A DNA stretch of 58,935 nucleotides from Gemmatimonadota bacterium (GTDB taxonomy: Bacteria > Gemmatimonadota > Gemmatimonadetes > Longimicrobiales > Gaopeijiaceae), in NCBI GenBank assembly GCA_007122885.1, contig SKSR01000132.1, forward strand, positions 1 to 58,935, given 5' to 3'. The position numbers and the translations under genes are program-made. Of this stretch, positions 28,175 to 37,700 are shown one piece after another (positions within the stretch are counted from its first letter, which is position 1; each line of letters opens with the position of its first letter). The notes beneath the pieces are model-generated. The model saw nothing but the letters and a program-made list of their open reading frames with translations, searched no databases and was not told the DNA's origin.

Positions 28175-28638
28175 GCAAGCCGTTCTACGAAGCCAAGGCC
28201 CGGATCGAGAAGGTGGAGGGAGTCCACCGCCGGGCCACGCTGGAAGCCGGTGCCACCGTCGAGTTCGGTGTACATGGGGCCATCAAGGAGCACTTTCGGC
28301 TGACGGACGCTGAGGATCTCCCCCTCCCCGTCGACTACGTGGTGGCGGCTACCGGTGCGTGACTACTAGGAACACTCAACGGCGCACTGGAGGTGCGCGA
28401 GATCAAGCTGGACCCTTCGGCCATCACCGCCGAAGTCACCGGTATCAACGAGGTTCGGGAGAAGATCCCGGTTCTCACCGAAGTCCGTATCCACTACACG
28501 CTCCGGATCCCGGCCGGCTCGCGAGAGACGGTGGATCGGGCGTTGAGTCGCCATGTGGAGAAGTGTCCCACGGCCCAGACCTTGAAGGGGGCTGTGGAGG
28601 TGAGCTGGACCGCCGACATCCAGGAGGAAGGAAGCTGA
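28171..28638 (+). CDS. OsmC/YhfA-like peroxiredoxin-fold protein with in-frame TGA (28360-28362), candidate selenocysteine codon
   Basis: ORFs 28171-28362 and 28393-28638 share a frame and are separated only by this TGA. The joined 155-aa product reads ...PLPVDYVVAATGA[TGA]LLGTLNGAL...VDRALSRHVEKCPTAQTL. The TGA sits where the family has its first conserved Cys, and the second Cys (CP motif) is present. GAGGAGG lies 7 nt before ATG 28171. Confidence 0.65.
28375..28401 (+). promoter_or_regulatory. Candidate bacterial SECIS-like hairpin
   Basis: Upper stem 28382-28387 GCGCAC pairs with 28393-28398 GUGCGC, apical loop UGGAG (28388-28392). Possible lower stem 28375-28377 CUC with 28399-28401 GAG and a 4-nt bulge. 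The upper stem starts 19 nt after the UGA. Confidence 0.4.
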
Positions 28639-28716
28639 GGGTTCGTCCGCGTCGTGCAGATCGACGGCAGGCGGCCGTGTCTCGAGCCGTGGTTGGAGTC
28701 GAGCTTTCCCATGGGA

Positions 28717-28745
28717 GCCCGGCCCCCGGATCCCGGGGGCCGGGC
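28717..28745 (+). terminator. Perfect 13-bp GC hairpin downstream of the osmC-like gene
   Basis: GCCCGGCCCCCGG (28717-28729) pairs with CCGGGGGCCGGGC (28733-28745), followed by CGTTTCGGGTT. Weak U-tract. Confidence 0.5.
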
Positions 28746-28816
28746 CGTTTCGGGTTCGATCCCGCGGCGCTTCCAGCGCGCCTCGTTCCCCTTTCCGGTC
28801 AGCTTACCGGTACGGC

Positions 28817-29524
28817 GTGAGCTCGTCCGGGGTGGTCGTACTGATCCCCGCGTTCAACGAGGAGGAGGCCCTTCCCCGAGCACTTCGCTCGATTCCTCCC
28901 GGTCGCGTGGATCATGTCCTCGTGGTGAACAACGGTTCGACGGACGCCACGGAGGAGTTGGCCCGCGCTCAGGGGTGCGTCGTCGTCTCCGAGCCCCGAC
29001 GCGGGTACGGGGCGGCCTGCCTGGCCGGTATCGAGCGCCTGGCTGGATTGGAGCCTCCCCCAGAGGTCCTGGTCTTCATGGACGCGGACGCCGAGGTGGA
29101 GGCGTCATACCTCTCTGACCTTCTGGGGCCGATCCATTCGGGAGAGGCGGACCTGGTGGTGGGCGTTCGCAGCGTGGGGGAGGATGGGAGCCCGGTCCGA
29201 GTTCCCCTCCATGCCCGCGTCGGCAACGGGCTCGTCCTCGCCCTGGTCAACCTCTTCTTCGGTTGTCGGTTCCGGGACTTCGGTCCTTTCCGGGCCATCA
29301 CCGTTCCGGCGCTGGAGCGACTTGAGATGGATGACCGGGATTGGGGGTGGACCCTCCAGATGCAGCTCCGGGCTTGTCGCCGAAACCTCCGGATACGGGA
29401 AGTGCCCATCCCGTACGGTGGGCGCGTGGCGGGACGATCGAAGATATCCGGGACCGTCTCCGGTTCCCTCCGGGCGGGCTCCAAGATGCTCTACACCGTC
29501 GTGAGGGAGGCCCTGCGCTCCTGA
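28817..29524 (+). CDS. Family 2 glycosyltransferase (dolichyl-phosphate sugar synthase-like)
   Basis: VVVLIPAFNEEEALPRAL, VLVVNNGSTDAT and VFMDADAE (DxD) motifs. GTG start at 28817. Confidence 0.8.
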   Translation: MSSSGVVVLIPAFNEEEALPRALRSIPPGRVDHVLVVNNGSTDATEELARAQGCVVVSEPRRGYGAACLAGIERLAGLEPPPEVLVFMDADAEVEASYLSDLLGPIHSGEADLVVGVRSVGEDGSPVRVPLHARVGNGLVLALVNLFFGCRFRDFGPFRAITVPALERLEMDDRDWGWTLQMQLRACRRNLRIREVPIPYGGRVAGRSKISGTVSGSLRAGSKMLYTVVREALRS

Positions 29525-29567
29525 CGGCTCCGGCGAGGTGGGGTCCGGGTCTAAGCGCTCCCGGTGA

Positions 29568-30452
29568 TCAATCCGTGGCTGCCTTCGCCACACCCTCGAG
29601 AAACTGGAGAACGGGCGCCAGGCTCTCTTCGGGTCGCTCCTCCATGGGAATGTGCCCGCAGTCCTCCACCGTGGACAGTCGGGCGTCGGGAAGGTCTTCC
29701 GTCAATCTTGCCCCGAGGGCCCACGGGATCACCGGATCCTGCCGGCCCCAGACCACGAGGGTGGGGGAGCGAAGGGAAGGTATTCGGCGTAGCAGTCCCG
29801 GGTGGTCGTCGGGGAAGAGCTCCCGGGCCGCCCGGATCATGGCGTACCGACGACGTAGGCTCCGGAGGGGCTCGGCGTAGCCGTGGACCTGCTCGCGGCT
29901 CACCTGGACGCTCGAGTGGGTGATTCGGTCCAACGCCAACGTCATGAGGACCGTCGGTGGGAGGAGGGTGAAAAGAAGCTCGCCCATGACCGGAACTCGA
30001 GCCGCTGCGATGAAGGGAGGGAGCCTTTGGGGGTAGATGGCCGGGCACACCAGGACCAATGCCGTGGCCGGCGCTCCCGCCTCTTGAAGGGCGAGAGCGG
30101 TCATGAGGGCCACGCCCCCTCCGAAGGAATGTCCGACCAGGACGGGATTCGATACGCCCCACTCCCGCAGGGCGCCCTGGAGCTCTCGACTCTGCTCGTC
30201 GGGGCCGAACCCTCGGGATCGTTGGATGGAGCCCCGACCGAAACCCTTCAACTCCACCAGGAGGAGCCGGTGCCGCTCCTTCAGGGCTGGTGCCCACAGG
30301 CGCCAGCTGAAGTTGGAGGCGCCGAAGCCGTGGAGGAGCACCAGTGGGGGGTGCCCTTCCCCGAGCTCTTCCAGGTGGAAAGCCCCAGCTCCGCTCCTTC
30401 CTTCGGGCCCGTCTCCCTTATCCGGATCCACCTTCTCCACCCTCCGGTCCAT
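29568..30452 (-). CDS. Alpha/beta-fold hydrolase
   Basis: PPLVLLHGFGASNFSW and VLVGHSFGGGVAL (GxSxG nucleophile elbow), C-terminal GHIPMEE. Start at internal ATG 30452 would overlap the upstream ATPase gene end (30418) by 35 nt. Confidence 0.8.
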   Translation of the reverse strand: MDRRVEKVDPDKGDGPEGRSGAGAFHLEELGEGHPPLVLLHGFGASNFSWRLWAPALKERHRLLLVELKGFGRGSIQRSRGFGPDEQSRELQGALREWGVSNPVLVGHSFGGGVALMTALALQEAGAPATALVLVCPAIYPQRLPPFIAAARVPVMGELLFTLLPPTVLMTLALDRITHSSVQVSREQVHGYAEPLRSLRRRYAMIRAARELFPDDHPGLLRRIPSLRSPTLVVWGRQDPVIPWALGARLTEDLPDARLSTVEDCGHIPMEERPEESLAPVLQFLEGVAKAATD

Positions 30453-33312
30453 CGGGAATCTCCAGGTCGTCGCCCCTGGGTCGGGGTCGGGGGAGCTGGA
30501 TCCGCCGTCCACCGAGCGCTTCCACTTCGGCTGCGATGGCCGGGTGGCAAGTGAGGAGGAAGATCTGCCGTGAGGCCGAGAGCTCGGCCAGGAGCTCGAG
30601 GCCCCGGCGTCTCCTCGGTTCGTCCCAGTTCACCAGAATCTCGTCCAGGACGAGGGGCAGCGGGGTCCCGTCCCCCTCCACCATTTCCACGACGGCCAGG
30701 CGAAGGGCCAGGTAGATCTGCTCTCGAATTCCGGTGGACAGGGGCTCCTCCACCGGCAGGGCATCCGGGAGATGTTCTCCCAGGACCCTGAGCTCGTGAC
30801 CCCCTTCCCGTGCCGCCATCCGGAGCCCCCGGTAGCGTCCTTCCGTGATCCGCTGAAGGTAACGGCCGGCCCGGCGTAAAAGCTCCGGTTGATGTGCGTC
30901 GCGGAAGCGGTCGTCGGCCCTCCGTACCACCCGAGCCAGGGTCCAGAGGCGATCCCGTTCACGTCGGGCTCGGGCCCGCTCCTCCTGGATCTCCCGGATG
31001 GAGGACTCCAGCACGTCAACCGTCTCCTCCCCTCCTTCCTCTCCCACCACGGTGGCGAGGCTGCCCCGCTCGGCCTGAAGATCCGAGAGTCGTTCGTCCA
31101 GCTCCTGGAGCCGCTCCTCCAGCCTATCTTCGAGGGCTTCTTCGAGCTCCGGCTCCAGTTCCTCTCGGACGGCCCTCCGGGCCTCTTCCACCTCCCCTTC
31201 CAAGGCCTCCACGGAACCGAACTCCTCCTCCAGCTCCCGGAGGATCCTCCGGGAATCCTCGAATGCCTCCTTCCTCTCCCGCGCCCGTTGGGCCGCTGCC
31301 TCCGGAGGGAGGGCCTCTTCCGTGGCTTCCACGAGGGCCGCCTCCAAGGCCTTCAGTTCCTCTTCCGCTTCGTTCATTCGGCTCCGGGCCCGTCGGAGTT
31401 CGTCGCGGGCCCGCTCGCCTTCCTGCTCCCAGGTCCGCCGGTTCTCGGCCCACTGATGAGCCCGGTCCAACCAATCCTCAAGGACGGCGAACGCGGTGGC
31501 GGGCTCGGCGGGCAGCGCCAGGTCCTCCACCCGTTCACTGAGGACCGCCAACCGGTCACGGCTTTCCCCTTCCTTCCGTTCCAGCTCCCGGAGCTCTTCC
31601 TCCACCGCGTCCTGGTCACGTAGGAGTCTCCGTATCTCCTCCAGTTCCCGAGGCAGTTGGGGGTCCGGCTCCTGGAGGCGCGTGGGGCGGATCGGTAGGT
31701 CGGCCAGGAGCGATCGAACGCTCTCGGCCGCCCGGCGGGCCCCGGATTCGAGCTCGTCCCGGCGGCGGGACAGCGCCTCCCGGGCCTCCTCTTCGGCTCG
31801 CCGCTGCCCTACCAGATCCTGGACCCGGTCCTTCCAGGCGGCCCACCGGGTCCACACCGCCCCTCCGGCGGCCACGGCCGCCACCAGGAGGGTGAGTCCC
31901 AAGGGGAAAAGCCAGTCCGGGCCGGAGAGCACCATGAGGAGCCCACCCATCAAGGCCATCACCCCTGCTGCCCCTCCTGCCGCCCACAGCCCTGGCGGGG
32001 CGGCGGTCGAGGGCTCCGGAGGGAGGCTGCGAGCGAACGCGGTTTCCATCTCCTCCTGGACTCGGCGGAGGCGTTCGGTCTCCCGGCCCCATCGGTCCAT
32101 GGCGAGCCGCAGCTCCGGGACGGGGATCGAGCCGGCCTTCCGGGCTGCCGCCGGGTCGTCGGGTTCCTCCAGGAGGTCGCGAAGAAGCGGGGCCATCTCC
32201 TCGGAAAGGGCGTCCCGTCGACTTCCAAGGACGGAGGCACGCTGCTCCCTGTCACGGACCACGGGAGCCTCGGCAACCAGGGCGCGGACTTCGTCCCCCC
32301 GTTCGAGAAGCTCTCGGATCCCGGGTTCCGGTCCCTCGGCTGCGGATTCCACCTCCTCCACGCGTCGGCGCCCCTCCTCCTCTCGGCTCCGCGCTTCGTC
32401 CAGTGCCTTCCGAAGCTCATGGAGTCGGGCTGGAGGGTCGTCGGGGAGGGCGCGCAGCTCCGCCGGGTCTCCTGCCCGGTCACGGAGGCGTTGCAGCCGA
32501 GCCAGCCTCTCCGCCCAGGGTAGGAGGCCTCGGAGTCGATTCAGCCTGGAACGGAACGCCTTGAGCCGGTCCAACTCCTCCTTCACCTCCTCCAGGCGAT
32601 CCGCCGCCTGGCGAACGGCTCGGTCCCGATCCCGGGCCCGGGTGAGCCGTCCCCGTAGCTCCCGCTCCTCCTCCGCCAACGAGCCTTCGTGGGAGCCCTT
32701 GTTGCGTCGGGACTTCCACAGCTCCCGGGCCTCCTTCTCCAGTTCGTCGGCCACCAGCGACGGGGGCTTCAGTTCGCTGGAAACCATTCCTGTGACCAAG
32801 CGGTCCCGGACGGTGGCCCACGAACCCTGGTCCTGGAGAGCCGCAAGCTGCGGGAGTGTGATGGTGAACACCTCCTCGTACAGGCTTCGAGGCACGTGTT
32901 CGAGGCCCGGGACCGCGTCGTTGCGGAGGTCCTGGACGCTTTCGTCCCCGTTCCGGGAGAGGCGCCCCCAGGGGGTTGCGAGCAGGCGACGGTGGACCTC
33001 CCAGACCCCCGTGTCCTTCCCTTCGGCAGTGGCCGTCCCTGTGGGGGCCGCGCCTCCCTCCCTCCTTTCCCGCCCCCCCATGGCGAGCCAGGCCCGGAGC
33101 TCGGCATCGCTTCCGTCCCAAGGGGCTCGGGGATTTCGCTGGCGGGAAGCCGGGTAGAAGCCGTGGAGGAGCACCCGGATGGCGTGGAAGAAGGAGGTCT
33201 TCCCCGCTTCGTTCGGTCCCTGAACCGCCACCAGCCCGGGAAGCGGCTGGTGGCCCGAGTCCAGCTCGGTCAGCGGCCCGAACCGCTCCACGCGGATGCG
33301 TAGGAGCCTCAA
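30418..33312 (-). CDS. SbcC/YhaN-like AAA/SMC-type ATPase with central transmembrane segment
   Basis: LRIRVERFGPL...VQGPNEAGKTSFFHAI (Walker A), long Glu/Arg coiled coils, hydrophobic block GGAAGVMALMGGLLMVLSGPDWLFPLGLTLLVAAVAAGGAVW, C-terminal PLVLDEILVNWD (Walker B). TTG 33312 overlaps the upstream stop (TTGA). Confidence 0.8.
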   Translation of the reverse strand: MRLLRIRVERFGPLTELDSGHQPLPGLVAVQGPNEAGKTSFFHAIRVLLHGFYPASRQRNPRAPWDGSDAELRAWLAMGGRERREGGAAPTGTATAEGKDTGVWEVHRRLLATPWGRLSRNGDESVQDLRNDAVPGLEHVPRSLYEEVFTITLPQLAALQDQGSWATVRDRLVTGMVSSELKPPSLVADELEKEARELWKSRRNKGSHEGSLAEEERELRGRLTRARDRDRAVRQAADRLEEVKEELDRLKAFRSRLNRLRGLLPWAERLARLQRLRDRAGDPAELRALPDDPPARLHELRKALDEARSREEEGRRRVEEVESAAEGPEPGIRELLERGDEVRALVAEAPVVRDREQRASVLGSRRDALSEEMAPLLRDLLEEPDDPAAARKAGSIPVPELRLAMDRWGRETERLRRVQEEMETAFARSLPPEPSTAAPPGLWAAGGAAGVMALMGGLLMVLSGPDWLFPLGLTLLVAAVAAGGAVWTRWAAWKDRVQDLVGQRRAEEEAREALSRRRDELESGARRAAESVRSLLADLPIRPTRLQEPDPQLPRELEEIRRLLRDQDAVEEELRELERKEGESRDRLAVLSERVEDLALPAEPATAFAVLEDWLDRAHQWAENRRTWEQEGERARDELRRARSRMNEAEEELKALEAALVEATEEALPPEAAAQRARERKEAFEDSRRILRELEEEFGSVEALEGEVEEARRAVREELEPELEEALEDRLEERLQELDERLSDLQAERGSLATVVGEEGGEETVDVLESSIREIQEERARARRERDRLWTLARVVRRADDRFRDAHQPELLRRAGRYLQRITEGRYRGLRMAAREGGHELRVLGEHLPDALPVEEPLSTGIREQIYLALRLAVVEMVEGDGTPLPLVLDEILVNWDEPRRRRGLELLAELSASRQIFLLTCHPAIAAEVEALGGRRIQLPRPRPRGDDLEIPDGPEGGEGGSG

Positions 33313-34577
33313 CTCTTCTCCTCGTCCATGAAGCGCGCCGCCAGCTCCTGGTCGCCCGAGGCTAGCAGCTCTTCCACATACCTTCGGACCACGTCCCGGT
33401 CCTCCCCTTCGACTGCGGCCAGCTCGGCCGGGTCGATGCCGAGTTCGGCCAGGGGGTCCTCCTCTCCGTCGGCGAGGGCTCGGACGAGTCGAATCGCCTC
33501 TCCCACCGGGTCCTGGCGCTCCAGGAGCGGCGCCGGGTCCACCTTCGGCCGGATCCCTCCGGCGCGAACCTCCGTGTGGAGCACCTCCAGGCGGGAGGTC
33601 AACTCCACCTCCAAAGTCTCCAGGTCCTCCGAGCGTCGAAGTTCCCGATGGAGGTGAGTGGGCCCCCCCACCTCCACACGGACCACCCACTCGGTGCCGG
33701 GTCTCCCCGGGTCCTGGGAACGCTCTTCCCGCCAGGCCTGGCTCACCTTGCGGATCAGGCCGTCCAGATGCCTCACGTCTTCCAAGCCGGTCACCCGGAG
33801 TGTCTCCCAGCGGATAGGTGCCAGTTCGACGAACTCCACACCGGGCTCGCCTCCACCTGGGACGAGCTCCACCAACAGCCCTCCCTTGGGTCCTGTTTCT
33901 CGGGGGTTCCGGCCCTGGATGTTCCCCGGGTAGTGGACGCCCGGTACCCGGGACAACATCTGGCGTTGGTGAACGTGACCCAGGGCCCAGTAGTCGTAAC
34001 CGGAAGACACCAGATGGGAGAGCTCCGAGGGTGCGTAGGGTTCGTGGCGTTCCTCGGAGCGAGCACCTCCCACCTGGGTGTGGAGGAGGGCCGCCGCCGG
34101 GACGCGGTCGCCTGGGGCATCTCCGGCCGGAAAGCTTCGGGACAGGTCCCGGCTCTCTCCCGGAGTGGCGTGGCCTGCTCCGGTGATGCGCCCCACCAGC
34201 CGTGACCCTCTGTGGACCTCCACGGTCCGGGGCCCGGGCCCGTCGAAGACCGTCACGTGCTCGGGCCAATGGATCCGTCCGCGCTCCGCCGTTCCCTGTC
34301 CCGGGTCGTGGTTGCCGGTGGCGTAGAACACGGGTATTCGGGCTTGGGCGAGGCGGTCGAGCTCCCGGGCCAGTAGGCGCTCGGACTTGAACGAGAGCCG
34401 TTCCCCGTCGAAGAGGTCTCCGGCCAGGAGAAGAGCATCCACTTCTTCGTCCAACGCAACGTCCACGCCCCGGGAAAGGGCGGAGAAGACGGCCTGCCTG
34501 AGGCGCTCCCGTAGGTACCGGGACCGGCCGTGGAAGAGGGTGTCGAGATGGATGTCGGCCAGATGGAGAAAGCGCAC
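33309..34577 (-). CDS. SbcD/YhaO-like calcineurin-type DNA repair exonuclease
   Basis: MRFLHLADIHLD, LLLAGDLFD, FYATGNHDPG and WALGHVH metallophosphoesterase motifs. Confidence 0.85.
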   Translation of the reverse strand: MRFLHLADIHLDTLFHGRSRYLRERLRQAVFSALSRGVDVALDEEVDALLLAGDLFDGERLSFKSERLLARELDRLAQARIPVFYATGNHDPGQGTAERGRIHWPEHVTVFDGPGPRTVEVHRGSRLVGRITGAGHATPGESRDLSRSFPAGDAPGDRVPAAALLHTQVGGARSEERHEPYAPSELSHLVSSGYDYWALGHVHQRQMLSRVPGVHYPGNIQGRNPRETGPKGGLLVELVPGGGEPGVEFVELAPIRWETLRVTGLEDVRHLDGLIRKVSQAWREERSQDPGRPGTEWVVRVEVGGPTHLHRELRRSEDLETLEVELTSRLEVLHTEVRAGGIRPKVDPAPLLERQDPVGEAIRLVRALADGEEDPLAELGIDPAELAAVEGEDRDVVRRYVEELLASGDQELAARFMDEEKS

Positions 34578-34785
34578 CCGCCGCTCCCGAATGATGGACC
34601 GTCCGGTCCGGGTCCGATGCTTGTGGAGCCTCTGTGAAGATATCCTGGGGAAGCATGCCCGTGAACGGGCTCGGACACCCTTTTCCCTTCCCTCTCCCCA
34701 TGATACGATTGAGCCAAATGACCCCTCCGCCGTCCCTCTTGCCGGACGCCTCGTTCCCTACACCTCCCATCTTCTTCGTCCGCCT

Positions 34786-37700
34786 ATGAACCAGGAGCCG
34801 GGCACCACGCGGGAGCGAACCCTGACCGACCAGCCCGGAATCGTAGAGGTGCAGGAGCACGTCTCCCGGCATGTGGACGACGACCGGGAGCGGGAGTTGG
34901 TGGTTCGCTTCACCGAGCTTTTCCTGGCCAAGGCGCCCCCCGGGTTTCTTCAGGAACGGAGCGTGGATGCGGTGGCCCGCATGGTCTTGGGCGCCTACCA
35001 CTTCCTCCGGGAGAGCCGGCCCGACCGGCCCGATGTGCGGGTGCTCAATCCCGATGTGGACAACGAGGGATGGTTCGCCGCCGTCACGGTCATCCGCGCC
35101 CACGTCTCCGAACGACCGTTCGTGGTAGACACGATTCGGGAGTTCCTCCACACCGAGCAGCTCGGGATCGAGTCCTACATCTACCCGGTGCTTCCGGTGG
35201 TCCGGAGCGAGGATGGGGAGCTGGAGGAGCTGGCTGCGGCGGGCCGCAACGGGGGGCGTGAGGCCTTGGTCCATTGCGAGGTGGCCCGGGTGGCGGACGT
35301 GGAGTACCGCGACTACCTGCAGCGCGAGGTGGAAAGGCGGCTGAGGGACGTGGTCCTCGTCACGGATGATTTTCCCTATCTCGTGGACGCCCTGAACAGC
35401 ACCGTGGGGGCTCTGGCCGAGTACGCCCGGGATCATCCCGAGAGAAGGGAGGAGGTGGAGGAGGTGCAGGCCTTCCTCCGCTGGCTTCGGGACGGAGGCT
35501 TCGTCTTTCTCGGGTACCGGGGATACGACCTCGTGGACCTACCCGAGGAGCCGGGAAGGAGGGCCATGGTCGTGGAGCCGGACTCCGGACTCGGTATCCT
35601 GAGGGACGAATCCACGTCGGGGTTCTCCGAGCCTGTGCCTCTCGACGAGTTGCCCGGGGGTCTTCGGGAACTGGCCGAGGGCGGTCCCCTCCTGATCATC
35701 TCCAAGACCAACGCCACGTCCACCGTCCACCGTAGGGCCCGGATGGACTACATCGGGATCAAGAAGCTGGACCGGAACGGACAGGTGGTAGGCGAGCATC
35801 GCTTCCTGGGGCTCTTCACCTCGGAAGCGTATTCGGAGAAGGCCGACCGGATTCCCATCCTACGCGAGAAGCTCCACAGGATCCTGGACGACGCCGGGGT
35901 GGACGAAGGCTCTCACGACTACAAGGAGATCCATACGATTTTCAACTCTCTTCCGAAGGAGGAGCTGTTCCTCACCTCCGCGGAAGAAATCGGTGCCGAT
36001 GTCCGGACGGTTCTCACGACCTACGACTCGGACGAGGTGCGGGTCACCCTCCGCCCGGATCCCCTGGCCCGGGGCGCGTCCATCATGGTCATTCTCGCCA
36101 AGGAGAAGTTCTCGGGGGAGGTCCGCAAGCGGATCGAGGAAGCGTTCGTGGAGCGGTTCGAGGGGGAGGTCCTCAACTACCACCTGGCACTGGGGGAGGG
36201 GGATCAAGCCCGCCTGCACTTCTATATGGCGGCCCCCACGGAGCGGATCGAGGCGGTGAGCGTTCGGGAGCTGGAGGAGCTCGTTCGGGAACTCACCCGG
36301 ACCTGGGCGGACCGGGTTCTGGAGGGCTTGGAACGGGTACGGCCTCCGGATGAAGCGCGGAGGCTTGTACGGCGGTACGGAGAGGCTTTCAGCCCCGAAT
36401 TCAAGGCGGCCACCGAGCCGGCGACGGCCGTCCAGGACATCCTCGAGTTGGACGCCATGGAGGTCGAGGGCCGAAAGGTTTCCATTCGCCTTCGCAACCT
36501 GGAGGGGCGACCGGCGGTGACCGGGGACGACCGGTTCACCGAGCTGAACCTCTACTTGGTGGGAGAGCGTCTGGTCCTTTCGGACTTCATGCCGATTCTG
36601 GAGAACGCGGGGCTGCGGGTGATTGCGGTGAACCCCTACGAGGTCCGGGGTCATTCCGTGCCCGATGCTATCCTCTACGCCTTCATGGTTCAGGATGCTT
36701 CCGGAGAGCCCTTGGATATCGACGCTCGGGGCAGCCTCCTGTCGCAAGCCCTGCTGGCCGTTCGGGAGGGGGAGGCGACGAACGATCGGCTGAACGGCTT
36801 GGTTCTAAGCGCGGGCCTGTCGTGGCGAGAGGTGGATGTCCTGCGGGCCTACGCCTCCTTCGGGTTTCAATCCGGAGCCCTGCCGAGCCGGATGTCCTTG
36901 CCCACGGCTTTGCGGAAGCATCCGAACCTGGCCGGACTCCTCTTTCGGCTCTTCGAGGTTCGTTTCGACCCCGAGGGGGCGGCGGCCAGGGAGGAGAAAG
37001 CGGCACGGATACGGAGCGCGATTCGGGAAGGCTTGGCGGACGTGGCTTCGTTGGGAGACGACCGAGTGCTTCGGCAGCTCCGATCCCTCATCGACGGCAC
37101 CCTGCGGACGAACTACTACCGGACGGGAGGCCGAACGCCCACCCGCCGTTCCGGCGGCGTTCCGTACATCTCTCTGAAGTTCGACTGCCGAGCGCTCCAG
37201 TCGGGTGGTCGCTCGTCCCTGCGCTACGAGGTCTGGGTACGATCGGCCAGGATGGAGGGGGTCCACCTCCGGGGAGGAAAGGTGGCCCGGGGCGGGATCC
37301 GTCATAGCGACCGCCCGGACGACTTCCGGACGGAGGTTCTCGGCCTGGTACGCACCCAGATGGTAAAGAACGCGGTCATCGTTCCGGCCGGGTCCAAGGG
37401 GGGCTTCGTGACCCTCCGCCTTCCGGCCGAAAGGGAGGATCGGGCCCGGGAGGCTCGGGAGCAGTACAAGACGTTGATCCGGGGGCTCCTGGATGTGACG
37501 GACAACCTGACGGAGAATGAGATCCAGCCCCCCGAGAGCGTAGTGGCGTACGACGATTCGGATTCCTACCTGGTGGTCGCCGCCGACAAGGGAACCGCCA
37601 AGTACTCCGACCTGGCCAATGAGGTGGCGGAAGAGTACGGCTTCTGGTTGGGTGACGCCTTCGCCTCCGGGGGACGACACGGCTATGACCACAAGGAGGT

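Noticed and set aside
28745-28775. tRNA-like GGGTTCGATCCC T-loop motif close to the candidate selenoprotein gene (possible tRNA or tRNA-Sec).
   Set aside because: The T-stem pairs only 2-4 bp depending on how the loop is drawn. I could build no acceptor stem, D-arm or anticodon arm (no UCA loop) from the flanks, and the preceding 13-bp hairpin is too long for a variable arm.
30418-35436. A 1672-aa minus-strand ORF that could be read as one giant protein.
   Set aside because: Only the part from TTG 33312 downward looks like a real protein (SbcC/YhaN-like). The upstream 700 codons are Arg/Pro/Gly-rich. They overlap the well-supported SbcD-like gene in another frame and run antisense to the glutamate dehydrogenase gene. 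This is a typical high-GC read-through artefact.
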